This document shows positions 50,579-59,163 of a DNA stretch of 64,000 nt, one piece after another. Every line of letters begins with the position of its first letter. The stretch's first letter is position 1. Source of the DNA: Clostridia bacterium (GTDB taxonomy: Bacteria > Bacillota > Clostridia > UBA1212 > DUPL01); assembly GCA_050951325.1 (NCBI GenBank), contig JBMNIW010000005.1:256024-320023 (forward strand), given 5' to 3'. The notes beneath the pieces were generated by a model, which saw nothing but the letters and a program-made list of their open reading frames with translations, had not been told where the DNA came from and did no database searches. Made by a program: the position numbers and the translations under genes.

Positions 50579-51307
50579 TTGAATGAAAAGAATATTGATA
50601 TCTTCAAATTAAAGATAATTGGAATGATTACAATGACAATACTTAATCTGGCATTGTCAGGCATAATCAAGAATTATTATATTACAATACCAATGGGCAT
50701 TATCGGTTGTATGTCCATTACCATTTTTGCTTTCTTAATCACCGAAGGATACAGGCATACATCTAGTTTGAACAAATACATGTTAAGAGTGCTGTTTGTG
50801 GCCGTAATATCCGCATATCCTTATCAATGGGTATTCGGCACAGCAAAATTCGATCCCAGGAACTTTTTCAACTCCGCTCTTACGGCATTCATTTGTCTTG
50901 GTTCTTTATACATGTACGACAGAATGAAAAGCAAAGAAACAAAGATATTTTTTCTCGTGTTCATTACCAGTATATCAATAATTCTCAGTTTTGAGTGGGC
51001 ACCCTTTGCGATCCTGCTTACATTGATATTGCATATATACAAAGAAAAGGAAAAAATAATGTATTTCTACATCATCACAGGATACACGGTGCTTTTTATG
51101 GTTTCTCTTGTTACACTATTAATGAATCCCGAGTATTCCAATGAAGCCGAACTTGTTAATGGTATTCGCCAAATAGGTTGCATTTTTGCATTGCCTTTAA
51201 TAAAAAAATATAACGGCAACCTTGGCAGATGCTTCAAGTGGCCGTTATACTTCTATTATCCAATACTTTTGTTAACTCTATTCTTTATCAAAAATCTTCT
51301 TGTGTAA
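50579..51307 (+). CDS. TraX-family membrane protein (putative)
   Basis: Polytopic membrane protein with FLITEGYRHTS and SAYPYQW segments reminiscent of the TraX family. The TTG start is uncertain; an alternative is ATG 50624. Confidence 0.45.
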   Translation: MNEKNIDIFKLKIIGMITMTILNLALSGIIKNYYITIPMGIIGCMSITIFAFLITEGYRHTSSLNKYMLRVLFVAVISAYPYQWVFGTAKFDPRNFFNSALTAFICLGSLYMYDRMKSKETKIFFLVFITSISIILSFEWAPFAILLTLILHIYKEKEKIMYFYIITGYTVLFMVSLVTLLMNPEYSNEAELVNGIRQIGCIFALPLIKKYNGNLGRCFKWPLYFYYPILLLTLFFIKNLLV

Positions 51308-52664
51308 CATCATCATAGATGGTTGTATCTTCAATTAATTCCATTTTAACGAGCGTAATTCTCTTTTCGTTATTACCTTCCACTGTAAACCTCATGCCTT
51401 CATATTCGAATGAAGGGTGAGTGTTTTCATCGGGAATTGAACCGAGATTACCAATGACAAAGCCACTGATTGTGTCGTATTCCTCAACAGGGAGATTGAT
51501 ATTGAACTCCTCGTTTACGACATCAAGTTCAGTGAGTCCTTCGATTATGTACGAATTATCACCAATTGCAACTATTTGCCTGTCATATTCGGCTTCTTCC
51601 TCTTCATCATACTCATCCATAATATTTCCAACCAGTTCTTCCAAAATATCTTCCATAGTCGCAATGCCAGCAGTTCCGCCGTATTCATCAACAACAATTG
51701 CCATATGGTTCTTGGTATTCTTCAAGGTCTTGAACACTTCGTCAATCCTTTGAGTTTCAGGCACAAAGCAGGGCGCTCTCATGAGTTTCACAAGATCAAA
51801 CTCACTCTCATTCTTTATATTTAGCAAATCCTTGATATGGATAACCCCTACTATATTATCTATCCTGTCCTCATAAACAGGGAAGCGTGAATACCTTGCG
51901 TTAGTTACAGTTTGCATGACAGTTTCATAGCCGCTATCGGCCCTGATACCAACAACTTCAGTTCTATGGGTCATGATGTCAGAAGCCGTCTTGTCATTCA
52001 ACAGAAGCACATTGCTAATCATTGTGCTTTCTTCATTTCCAATAACACCTTTCTCCTGACCCTCATTTACCATGAGCAGTATCTCTTCCTCGGTCACTTC
52101 CTCATCGTCATCATTAGGATTAATGCCGACTAATCTTAATACGCCATTAACTGACAATGTAAGAATTTTAATAAAAGGGGAGAAGACAGATGCAGTTACC
52201 CTGAGCGGTCCAATAACAAACAGGGCTAGTTTCTCACTCTTGTTCATGGCAATTCTCTTTGGTACAAGTTCGCCAAAGACAAGTGTGAAATATGATAGAA
52301 TAAATGTGATAATAATTACAGATGCTGTTCTAGATACATTTACTATGGCCGGGGAAGCATTCTGAGCTTTTACAAACTCTACAATTCTTGTTGCAAAAGA
52401 GTCTGCTGCTACAGCACTTGATAAAAAGCCAGAAAAAGTCACACCAACTTGTATTGTAGATAAAAATTTACTAGAATTCTCTAGAAACTTTACTACATGG
52501 CGTGCTTTCTTGTTCCCTTTTTCAGCCATTTTTTTCATTTTTGTCTCGTTTACGGAAAGTAAAGCAATTTCAGATGCTGCAAAAAATGCATTCAATAAAA
52601 TTAAAATAAAAATTACTAGCAACTGCAAAGGAATACTTCCATCATCACTCATTCGGTTAATCAT
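51288..52664 (-). CDS. HlyC/CorC (CNNM) family transporter: DUF21 membrane domain + CBS pair + CorC_HlyC
   Basis: The N-terminal 4-TM DUF21 is followed by two CBS domains and a C-terminal transporter-associated domain. 458 aa. Its 3' end overlaps the convergent TraX-like gene by 20 nt. Confidence 0.85.
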   Translation of the reverse strand: MINRMSDDGSIPLQLLVIFILILLNAFFAASEIALLSVNETKMKKMAEKGNKKARHVVKFLENSSKFLSTIQVGVTFSGFLSSAVAADSFATRIVEFVKAQNASPAIVNVSRTASVIIITFILSYFTLVFGELVPKRIAMNKSEKLALFVIGPLRVTASVFSPFIKILTLSVNGVLRLVGINPNDDDEEVTEEEILLMVNEGQEKGVIGNEESTMISNVLLLNDKTASDIMTHRTEVVGIRADSGYETVMQTVTNARYSRFPVYEDRIDNIVGVIHIKDLLNIKNESEFDLVKLMRAPCFVPETQRIDEVFKTLKNTKNHMAIVVDEYGGTAGIATMEDILEELVGNIMDEYDEEEEAEYDRQIVAIGDNSYIIEGLTELDVVNEEFNINLPVEEYDTISGFVIGNLGSIPDENTHPSFEYEGMRFTVEGNNEKRITLVKMELIEDTTIYDDVTQEDF

Positions 52665-52722
52665 TTCCTTTCAATAATAAAATACAAATAAATTATAATT
52701 AAATAAAATTAAATTGTCAACT

Positions 52723-52759
52723 TAATAAAAAGAGAATGCGCTATGAAATGCGCACTCTC
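52723..52759 (-). terminator. Rho-independent terminator (minus strand) after the 52805-54298 gene
   Basis: GAGAGTGCGC-ATTTCATA-GCGCATTCTC hairpin on the minus strand followed by TTTTTATTA. Confidence 0.55.
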
Positions 52760-52804
52760 AAGGTATGGTTGTTATTATAATATTATTCTTTCAATTGTCT
52801 TGCC

Positions 52805-54298
52805 TTACTCATTATCAGGTTGTTCTGTAGTTGCCTCAGCTGGTGCGTCAACTGTAGCCGTGGTCTTCTTTTTCTTTGAAGCTACTACAACAATTATAAT
52901 CACTACTGCGACTACTACAATTAATGCTCCGCCGCCTATTGCTCCAATTAATAACCAATTGGTTTCTTTCACTGGATCTTCATAAACTGGAGCAGTTACC
53001 TGTATACATACCAACTTCTCTGTCTGACTCTCGTTGAAAGCTTCCTCCGGTTGATGCTGATTAATCTTGAAGGTCAAGTAGATATATGCTTGAGGCGGTA
53101 ACGAGTTAAGTTCCTCTTCCGTTAAATCCAGTTCAATACTCTTGTAGGTTGTAAGATCCTTATCTGTAAAGTTAGCGGAAGTCTTTGTAGTAATGGACTT
53201 TACAGAAGTCAAGATCTGACCTTTAATCTTTTCTGGTTCAAGGATGTTGCCCTTCTTATCCTTCTCGGCATTGTGTTGATCAGCCAAAATCTGCTCATAC
53301 CAGCCGTCAAGAGTTAGAATGATTTCATTCTGCTGTTGTGGATCCTCTTCGATATTTCCTTCATAAAGCTTAGTTCCAAGAGCGTCAATTTCTATTGTAA
53401 TCTTGGTAATTTTATTCTTTCTTGCAGGAATACCGTTTACAGGTTCACCCTGAATCTTACGACCAAGTTCGTCAGTAAGGATTTCAGACTCGTCATAAGT
53501 ACCGTCGCCGTTAAGGTCCTTAACTCTGTATAGGAATAATTGGTCACCTGGTCTCAGGAACCTAATCCTGCCATTTTCATCAAATCTGTCCGCAAGAACC
53601 AGATTGAAGTCATCATCATATTCAAACAGCTCAATAATGTTGCCGTCAATATCTTTCCAAACATCGCCTTCATAGAGAAGATATCCGTTGATATCGATCT
53701 TGTATTCGCCGTCTGCAGTAGCAATATATCCATCATCTCTAACTATGTAGTTGGGATTGATTTGGCCTGCATCGTCGCTAACCCTTGTAATACCATAGAA
53801 GAATATTGACCTCTTGGTCAAAACAGTCGTATCATTCTGAATATGGGTTAAGTAAGCGTATTTATGAGGGAACTTGGAATATAACGCCTTATTTTCGTAG
53901 CCGGGTGCTTCAAGTCCGACAAAGTTACTAACTGTAGTAGTAACTCTCTCTTTGTACATGGTGTAACCTGTATCCCTTGTATCACCAGCGCGAAGAACAA
54001 ATTTGTCTTGTGGTTCACCGAATACAAAGCCATCCTTGTATACCTTTTTACCCTTGTTGAAGTAATATACCAAATCTTGCTTCTGGGATTCACTTCTTGA
54101 TACATAAGTGTAATCTACAACCGTGGGAATGTCATAGTAGATGGTAATAGAGTAGAAATCCAAGCCACCAGGACCAACTTCCACTTCCTCACCATTACCC
54201 TCTGTATTTTCCTCATCTTCAGTAGCAATAACAGGATAGAAAAAGGCGGATAAAATTACGACAAGTGTAAGAAATAATATAAAAAGCTTTTTACCCAT
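52805..54298 (-). CDS. hypothetical type-I membrane-anchored exported protein (signal peptide, large extracytoplasmic domain, C-terminal TM + KKKK stop-transfer, acidic tail)
   Basis: MGKKLFILFLTLVVILSAFF signal. One dockerin/EF-hand-like loop (DLNGDGTYDESE). C-terminal LLIGAIGGGALIVVVAVVIIIVVVASKKKK. Strong SD AGGAGG. Confidence 0.6.
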   Translation of the reverse strand: MGKKLFILFLTLVVILSAFFYPVIATEDEENTEGNGEEVEVGPGGLDFYSITIYYDIPTVVDYTYVSRSESQKQDLVYYFNKGKKVYKDGFVFGEPQDKFVLRAGDTRDTGYTMYKERVTTTVSNFVGLEAPGYENKALYSKFPHKYAYLTHIQNDTTVLTKRSIFFYGITRVSDDAGQINPNYIVRDDGYIATADGEYKIDINGYLLYEGDVWKDIDGNIIELFEYDDDFNLVLADRFDENGRIRFLRPGDQLFLYRVKDLNGDGTYDESEILTDELGRKIQGEPVNGIPARKNKITKITIEIDALGTKLYEGNIEEDPQQQNEIILTLDGWYEQILADQHNAEKDKKGNILEPEKIKGQILTSVKSITTKTSANFTDKDLTTYKSIELDLTEEELNSLPPQAYIYLTFKINQHQPEEAFNESQTEKLVCIQVTAPVYEDPVKETNWLLIGAIGGGALIVVVAVVIIIVVVASKKKKTTATVDAPAEATTEQPDNE

Positions 54299-54322
54299 AA
54301 TGTAGCCTCCTTAATAATATTT

Positions 54323-54342
54323 GAACCGGAGAAAACCGGTTA
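54323..54342. promoter_or_regulatory. palindrome GAACCGG-AGAAA-ACCGGTT in the AT-rich divergent intergenic region (candidate operator or 5'-UTR hairpin)
   Basis: Perfect AACCGG/CCGGTT arms. AACCGGTT is itself an 8-bp palindrome. It lies 14-30 nt upstream of the SD of the 52805-54298 gene. Confidence 0.3.
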
Positions 54343-54651
54343 ATACCTGAGTATTAAGATTTTATTCACTATTTTACTTTATTATTGTAATATGATATTA
54401 ACACTTTGTCAATATGACAATATATTTTTATTAGCATCACCTATAATTTATCATAAATAAATCTGTTTGTCACTAGCAAAAATAAAATTTCATTGATATT
54501 TTTTGATCCATGCTTTACGAATATGAATCATATGCATTAATTTTAACTATAATGTGAATATATGCAAAATAATTATCAAGAAATCTAATATTGATACTCA
54601 TTAAAAATTTTGGTAATATTAGAGAAAGATATAAAAAAGGAGCATGATTGT

Positions 54652-55938
54652 ATGAACTTTGACTTGCAACATCCTGCAGACCAATTGGTAATGATAATGG
54701 AAAGAATTTATGCCTATGGTATGACAACAACATCAGGAGGCAATCTGTCAATCCTGGATGACAATGGAGATGTATGGATTACACCCGGTGGAATAGACAA
54801 AGGCTCACTGACAAGGAACGACATAGTTAGAATAAAAGCAGATGGTACAATTGAAGGAATTCACAAACCTTCAAGCGAACTTCCTGTTCATTTGGGAATA
54901 TACAATACAAGAGGGGATATAAGGGCTGTCCTGCATGCTCATCCGCCATCACTTGTGGCATTCAGCATAGCCAGGAAGATACCAGAAACAAAACTGATAC
55001 CTAATGTTGCACAAATCTGTGGGACGGTTTCAATGGCTCCTTACGATGTACCTGGTAGTACTGGATTAAGCAAGAAAATAGCTGCTGAATTTGAAAAGGG
55101 ACATAATGTTGTAATGCTTGAAAACCATGGCGTTTTTGTTGGAGCTACAGATCTGTTTAAAGCATTCATGGCCTTTGAAACTTACGATTTTTGCGCAAGG
55201 CTTGAAATAGAGGGCAGATGCATAGGAAACATACGTGCCCTTTCGGACAAGCATATACAAATGTCGAAAGAAAAGCAGCATGTTAAAATGGACGAATTTG
55301 TAAACAAGAATGTAACCAGCGAAGAACGTGCTGTTAGAAGAGACATGTGCAAATTCATAAGAAGGGCGTACGACCAACAGCTGTTTACCAGTACCCAGGG
55401 AACTTTCTCTCAAAGATTAAACGATGACAGCTTCATAATCACGCCTTTTGCAAAAGACCGCAAGTATCTTGAAGAGGGTGATCTGGTTAAAATTGTAGGG
55501 AACTGGTGCGAATCAGGAAAGCTTCCATCAAGATCGGCACCTCTCCATCAAAAGATATACAAGAAACATCCATGGATTAACTCAATAATTATAGCACATC
55601 CGCCTAGCTGCATGGCATTTGCTGTTACTGATACGGAGTTTGATTCCAGAATAATTCCCGAAGCATACATTATGCTGAGAGATGTCAAGAAGGTTCCCTT
55701 TGGAGCAAGCTTCATGCAGCAGGATATGGTAGCGGACATGTTTAATGACATGAACCAGATATTAATCATGGAAAACGACTGTGTTATTGTTACCGGTTCA
55801 AGTCTGCTGAATGCGTTTGACAAACTTGAAGTTATGGAATACAGTGCAAAAGCCATCGTAAGAACATCCCAGATAGGCAGAGTCGTTTCTATTAATGATG
55901 ATGAAGTTGTGGATCTTAGAAAAGCTTTTAATTTTTAA
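54652..55938 (+). CDS. tandem class II aldolase/adducin-domain protein (two fused aldolase_II domains)
   Basis: The first half has the FucA-like Zn/His pattern (TPGG...LHAHPPSLVAF...ENHGVFVGA). The second half repeats the fold (IIAHPPSCMAFAV...ENDCVIVTGS) with only one His in the HxH position. ATG 54652 with AAGGAG 9 nt upstream. Confidence 0.75.
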   Translation: MNFDLQHPADQLVMIMERIYAYGMTTTSGGNLSILDDNGDVWITPGGIDKGSLTRNDIVRIKADGTIEGIHKPSSELPVHLGIYNTRGDIRAVLHAHPPSLVAFSIARKIPETKLIPNVAQICGTVSMAPYDVPGSTGLSKKIAAEFEKGHNVVMLENHGVFVGATDLFKAFMAFETYDFCARLEIEGRCIGNIRALSDKHIQMSKEKQHVKMDEFVNKNVTSEERAVRRDMCKFIRRAYDQQLFTSTQGTFSQRLNDDSFIITPFAKDRKYLEEGDLVKIVGNWCESGKLPSRSAPLHQKIYKKHPWINSIIIAHPPSCMAFAVTDTEFDSRIIPEAYIMLRDVKKVPFGASFMQQDMVADMFNDMNQILIMENDCVIVTGSSLLNAFDKLEVMEYSAKAIVRTSQIGRVVSINDDEVVDLRKAFNF

Positions 55939-55948
55939 CACAAAGAAC

Positions 55949-55983
55949 AAACTCCATCTTGTCAGTAAGACAAGATGGAGTTT
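55949..55983. terminator. perfect 15-bp-stem hairpin, likely bidirectional terminator between convergent genes
   Basis: AAACTCCATCTTGTC-AGTAA-GACAAGATGGAGTTT, flanked by TTT on both sides. Confidence 0.6.
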
Positions 55984-55984
55984 A

Positions 55985-56620
55985 TTAGTCCCAAAAAAGA
56001 GTAAACAAGTTTTCACTGTCCATTATTTGAACCATTTCATCTATGCCGTTTTCAAGCCTGTCTATTACTTCAGGCGAGAAAAACTTAACTCTGTAAGCAA
56101 GTTTTCTCAAATTCTTTGGCTTGGATATGAATTCTAAATCCACTTGTTGCATATCCGCATATACAACCCTGTAATCGAAATTAAGTACTTTTTTCCATAC
56201 GGTAAGTTTGTAGATTATCATATCATTCGTAATCCCGTCATTAAAGCCTGCAGTGCCTGCCGCGCGAACAATATCCATATCGTCATTGCCTGGAATGATT
56301 GCAATACAATCATTGCCCTCTGCAAGACCAATAAAATACTCCGAGGCAAAAGCCATGCAGTTAATATTTTTTCTCTCCAGCTCTCTATTTATAGCAGAAA
56401 CCTTGTTCCTTAAAAAACTACCAGGCAAAAGTTTTGAACCCAGTTCCACACATACGCCATCCTTTGGCACGTAATCCAACTCTTCCTCGCTATAACCAAA
56501 ATATTGATAGAGCGGCTTGTTAAAATGACTTTTCAAAATCTCCAATGCCTCAACTGGCACGGAAGTCATGTCAAGCAGTTCAAGGTCCGAATTTGTCAGC
56601 CTCATATGAACTCCCTTCAT
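55985..56620 (-). CDS. hypothetical protein (possibly DUF4253-like; C-terminal LFWD)
   Basis: 211-aa ORF whose start codon overlaps the stop of the upstream transposase fragment (ATGA). No recognisable catalytic motif. Its C-terminal ...NLFTLFWD resembles the LWWD motif I recall for DUF4253. Confidence 0.45.
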   Translation of the reverse strand: MKGVHMRLTNSDLELLDMTSVPVEALEILKSHFNKPLYQYFGYSEEELDYVPKDGVCVELGSKLLPGSFLRNKVSAINRELERKNINCMAFASEYFIGLAEGNDCIAIIPGNDDMDIVRAAGTAGFNDGITNDMIIYKLTVWKKVLNFDYRVVYADMQQVDLEFISKPKNLRKLAYRVKFFSPEVIDRLENGIDEMVQIMDSENLFTLFWD

Positions 56621-57054
56621 TCTTTTTTATATATTCTACCACGAATACAATACACCAACAATTGCATAACATCGTTTAGCGAATAATCCATGGACAGGCT
56701 TCGTTGACGATTGATAATGAATTTGTCGATTTTTAACTGATGGTAAATTGAGCTTAGAGGAAGGAATCCCATGTGCTGCAAGGAATCTTCGTTCACTTCC
56801 ATGGTCTCGCCTTCAGAAATAGTACCCAGAAATATTTCCTTTTTCCTTTTTTCCTCGTTAAGTTCCTGGGTGCGAATGCGTGCAATCTCTTTAAAATGCG
56901 CTATTGGATCCTCGTAACGATCAATATATTCATCCAAATAGCCCAGATTCTCGATAATCCTATGTTTAACTTTTTTTGTGACAGGGTCACGATATCCTTC
57001 AGCGAAACATAGATTAATCCTGCCGTTCTTCTGCTTGGTTATTCTCAGAAACAT
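56617..57054 (-). pseudogene. IS1634-family transposase, N-terminal 145-aa fragment (remnant)
   Basis: MFLRITKQKNGRINLCFAEGYRDPVTKKVKHRIIENLGYLDEY...DPIAHFKEIA and later MGFLPLSSIYHQLKIDKFIINRQRS...DVMQLLVYCIRGRIY match the conserved N-terminus of IS1634-type transposases. The DDE catalytic domain, which would bring a full protein to about 550-600 aa, is absent. Confidence 0.5.
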
Positions 57055-57228
57055 CCAACAGCACCTCCAAGAAATAGTCGGTTACATTATATCATAATTG
57101 TCAACTATTGTCAACATAAAAATGTAAATTATTTGACATAAAAAAAGCGCCAAGAACAATTTGAATTCCATTTGACTAAATAAATGCAGAATATATAATA
57201 TTGATGTATCAAAACTTCAGGAGGCAGC

Positions 57229-58572
57229 ATGAAAAAAAGCTATATAATCATTATATCATTATTATTGCTAATAGTTTTGGGACTGGCCATATACCTAAAT
57301 CTTAACCAACCAGAAGTATCTCCTCCGGTGTTGCAGGAAACACCCGTACCAACGGCTACCATAGAGCCAACGCAAAATCCAACACCAACACCAACTCCAA
57401 CACCTGTCCCAGAGATAAAGATAAGTATAATATCCTGCGGTGACATAATGTACCATGGACCGCAGTTAAGGTCCGCTTTAAATGAAGAAACCGGTGAATA
57501 CAACTTCATGGAAAATTTCAAATACATAAAGGATATTGTATCAAAGGCAGACTATGCTGTAGCCAACCTTGAAACAACACTGGCAGGTTCCGACAATGGA
57601 TACAAGTATAGCGGTCATCCCGCATTCAACTCTCCTGATGCCGTACTTGACAGCATAAAGGATGCCGGCTTTGACATGCTTCTTTTGTCTAACAATCATA
57701 TCTACGATACTAGAAGAGTTGGAATGGAAAGAACATTAATGAAAACCATGGAATATGGTTTTGATACCCTTGGATTGAAAGGGGAGGGCGTTCAAAGTTA
57801 TTATGTGAAAGATATAAATGGTGTGAAGATAGGATTTTTGAATTACGGATATGAATCTGCGGACTACAGAAAAGATGATGGGAAGTATATAAACGGCATC
57901 TTTGCAAAGAACGAGGATGCCAGACTCATAGATACCTTCAATTACTCCATGAAGGACGAATTCTATAATGAAGTCGAAGAAAGAGTAGCTCAGCTAAAGC
58001 TGGACGGGGCGGATTTGATTATCCTTTACATACATTGGGGCAATGAGTATCAGTTGAAAGAGAATTCTCACCAAAGGGAAATTGCTAGAAAAATGTGCGA
58101 ACTTGGTGTGGATGTAATATTTGGTTCCCATCCGCATGTTATTCAGCCCAGTGAAATAATTACTGACGAGAATACTGGCAAAAGGACAATATGCTTTTAT
58201 TCCCTTGGCAACTTCATATCAAACCAGAACAGGGTAACCCTGACAGACCCTTCCGTACCCCTGTCCGAGTATACGGAAAACGGCGTTCTTGTATGGCTTG
58301 ACATTACAAAACTTCCAAGCGGGGAGACCTTTGTCAGCAAGATTGAGCTTGTACCAACATGGGTGCATAGATTCTTCAAAGAGGGAAGGACAAGGTATGA
58401 GGTGGTACCTCTCCCCATGGCATATGAAAAACCCGAATCATTCGGTCTTGAGCAATCAACCTTCGGTTCCGATCACTCAAAAGTTTCCTATGAAAGAACA
58501 GTCGCTGCCTTGTCCGAAGCGGTTGAAGCATACAATGAATGGATAGGAAGCAGTTCTCCTGTTGCTGCATGA
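57229..58572 (+). CDS. CapA-family (PGA_cap) metallophosphoesterase-like protein, membrane-anchored with Pro/Thr linker
   Basis: N-terminal TM, a (TP)n linker, then the CapA pattern (GDIMYHG...NLETTL...NNHIYD...GSHPHVIQP). Confidence 0.8.
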   Translation: MKKSYIIIISLLLLIVLGLAIYLNLNQPEVSPPVLQETPVPTATIEPTQNPTPTPTPTPVPEIKISIISCGDIMYHGPQLRSALNEETGEYNFMENFKYIKDIVSKADYAVANLETTLAGSDNGYKYSGHPAFNSPDAVLDSIKDAGFDMLLLSNNHIYDTRRVGMERTLMKTMEYGFDTLGLKGEGVQSYYVKDINGVKIGFLNYGYESADYRKDDGKYINGIFAKNEDARLIDTFNYSMKDEFYNEVEERVAQLKLDGADLIILYIHWGNEYQLKENSHQREIARKMCELGVDVIFGSHPHVIQPSEIITDENTGKRTICFYSLGNFISNQNRVTLTDPSVPLSEYTENGVLVWLDITKLPSGETFVSKIELVPTWVHRFFKEGRTRYEVVPLPMAYEKPESFGLEQSTFGSDHSKVSYERTVAALSEAVEAYNEWIGSSSPVAA

Positions 58573-58587
58573 ATTAATATTTGTCTT

Positions 58588-59163
58588 GTGAGCCAAAATA
58601 TTGCAGGGGTGAATATTTTGCTCACATATTTCAACTATTTTCTAACTTACAGTTTTTGTGGTTTCTTACTTGAGACAATATTTGCATTCATTGTAAAGGG
58701 AAGGCTTGAATCAAGAAAATGCTACTTGATAAGTGCCTTGTGTCCTGTTTACGGGCTTGGGGCTATTGCCATCAATGAAAGCACGAGGAAAATATCAGGC
58801 AGCAAGACAAAAACCTTTTTTGTTGGCATGCTTGCCGCAACGGTAGTGGAACTACTAACTGACTTGTTCTACAAACATGTATTGGGGATGCGTTTTTGGG
58901 ATTACTCAAAAAGACCCTTCAATTTATGGGGCAGTGTGTGCCTCAAATATTCCTTGTTTTGGGGACTTTTGTCTTTGCTTCTGGTTTACGTGGTGCATCC
59001 ATATGTTGAGAAGAATGCTAGAAAAATTAAAAAAGGCACTTCTTATGCGTTTATGCTTCTATTTATTGCAGATAGTATAATCAGTGCCTTTTTGTTAAGA
59101 AAATTCAAAACAAAGCACGCTGTGAATTATGCCTGGATTAGAAAAGCATTCAGGCGTTCTTAG
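58588..59163 (+). CDS. CmpB-like putative ABC-transporter type IV membrane protein (DUF1113/PF06541-like)
   Basis: 191 aa, 4-5 TM, with the pattern FCGFLLETIF...GLGAI typical of that small membrane-protein family. Confidence 0.55.
   Translation: MSQNIAGVNILLTYFNYFLTYSFCGFLLETIFAFIVKGRLESRKCYLISALCPVYGLGAIAINESTRKISGSKTKTFFVGMLAATVVELLTDLFYKHVLGMRFWDYSKRPFNLWGSVCLKYSLFWGLLSLLLVYVVHPYVEKNARKIKKGTSYAFMLLFIADSIISAFLLRKFKTKHAVNYAWIRKAFRRS

Noticed and set aside
52805-52985. 80-aa plus-strand ORF (52743-52985) rich in Thr/Ile/Ala
   Set aside because: It is the antisense of the TM/KKKK/acidic tail of the membrane-anchored protein, has low-complexity translation, and overlaps the minus-strand terminator.
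57340-57420. Short tandem CCAACACCAACACCAACTCC nucleotide repeat
   Set aside because: It lies inside the CapA-like CDS and simply encodes a (Thr-Pro)n linker. It is not an independent repeat element.
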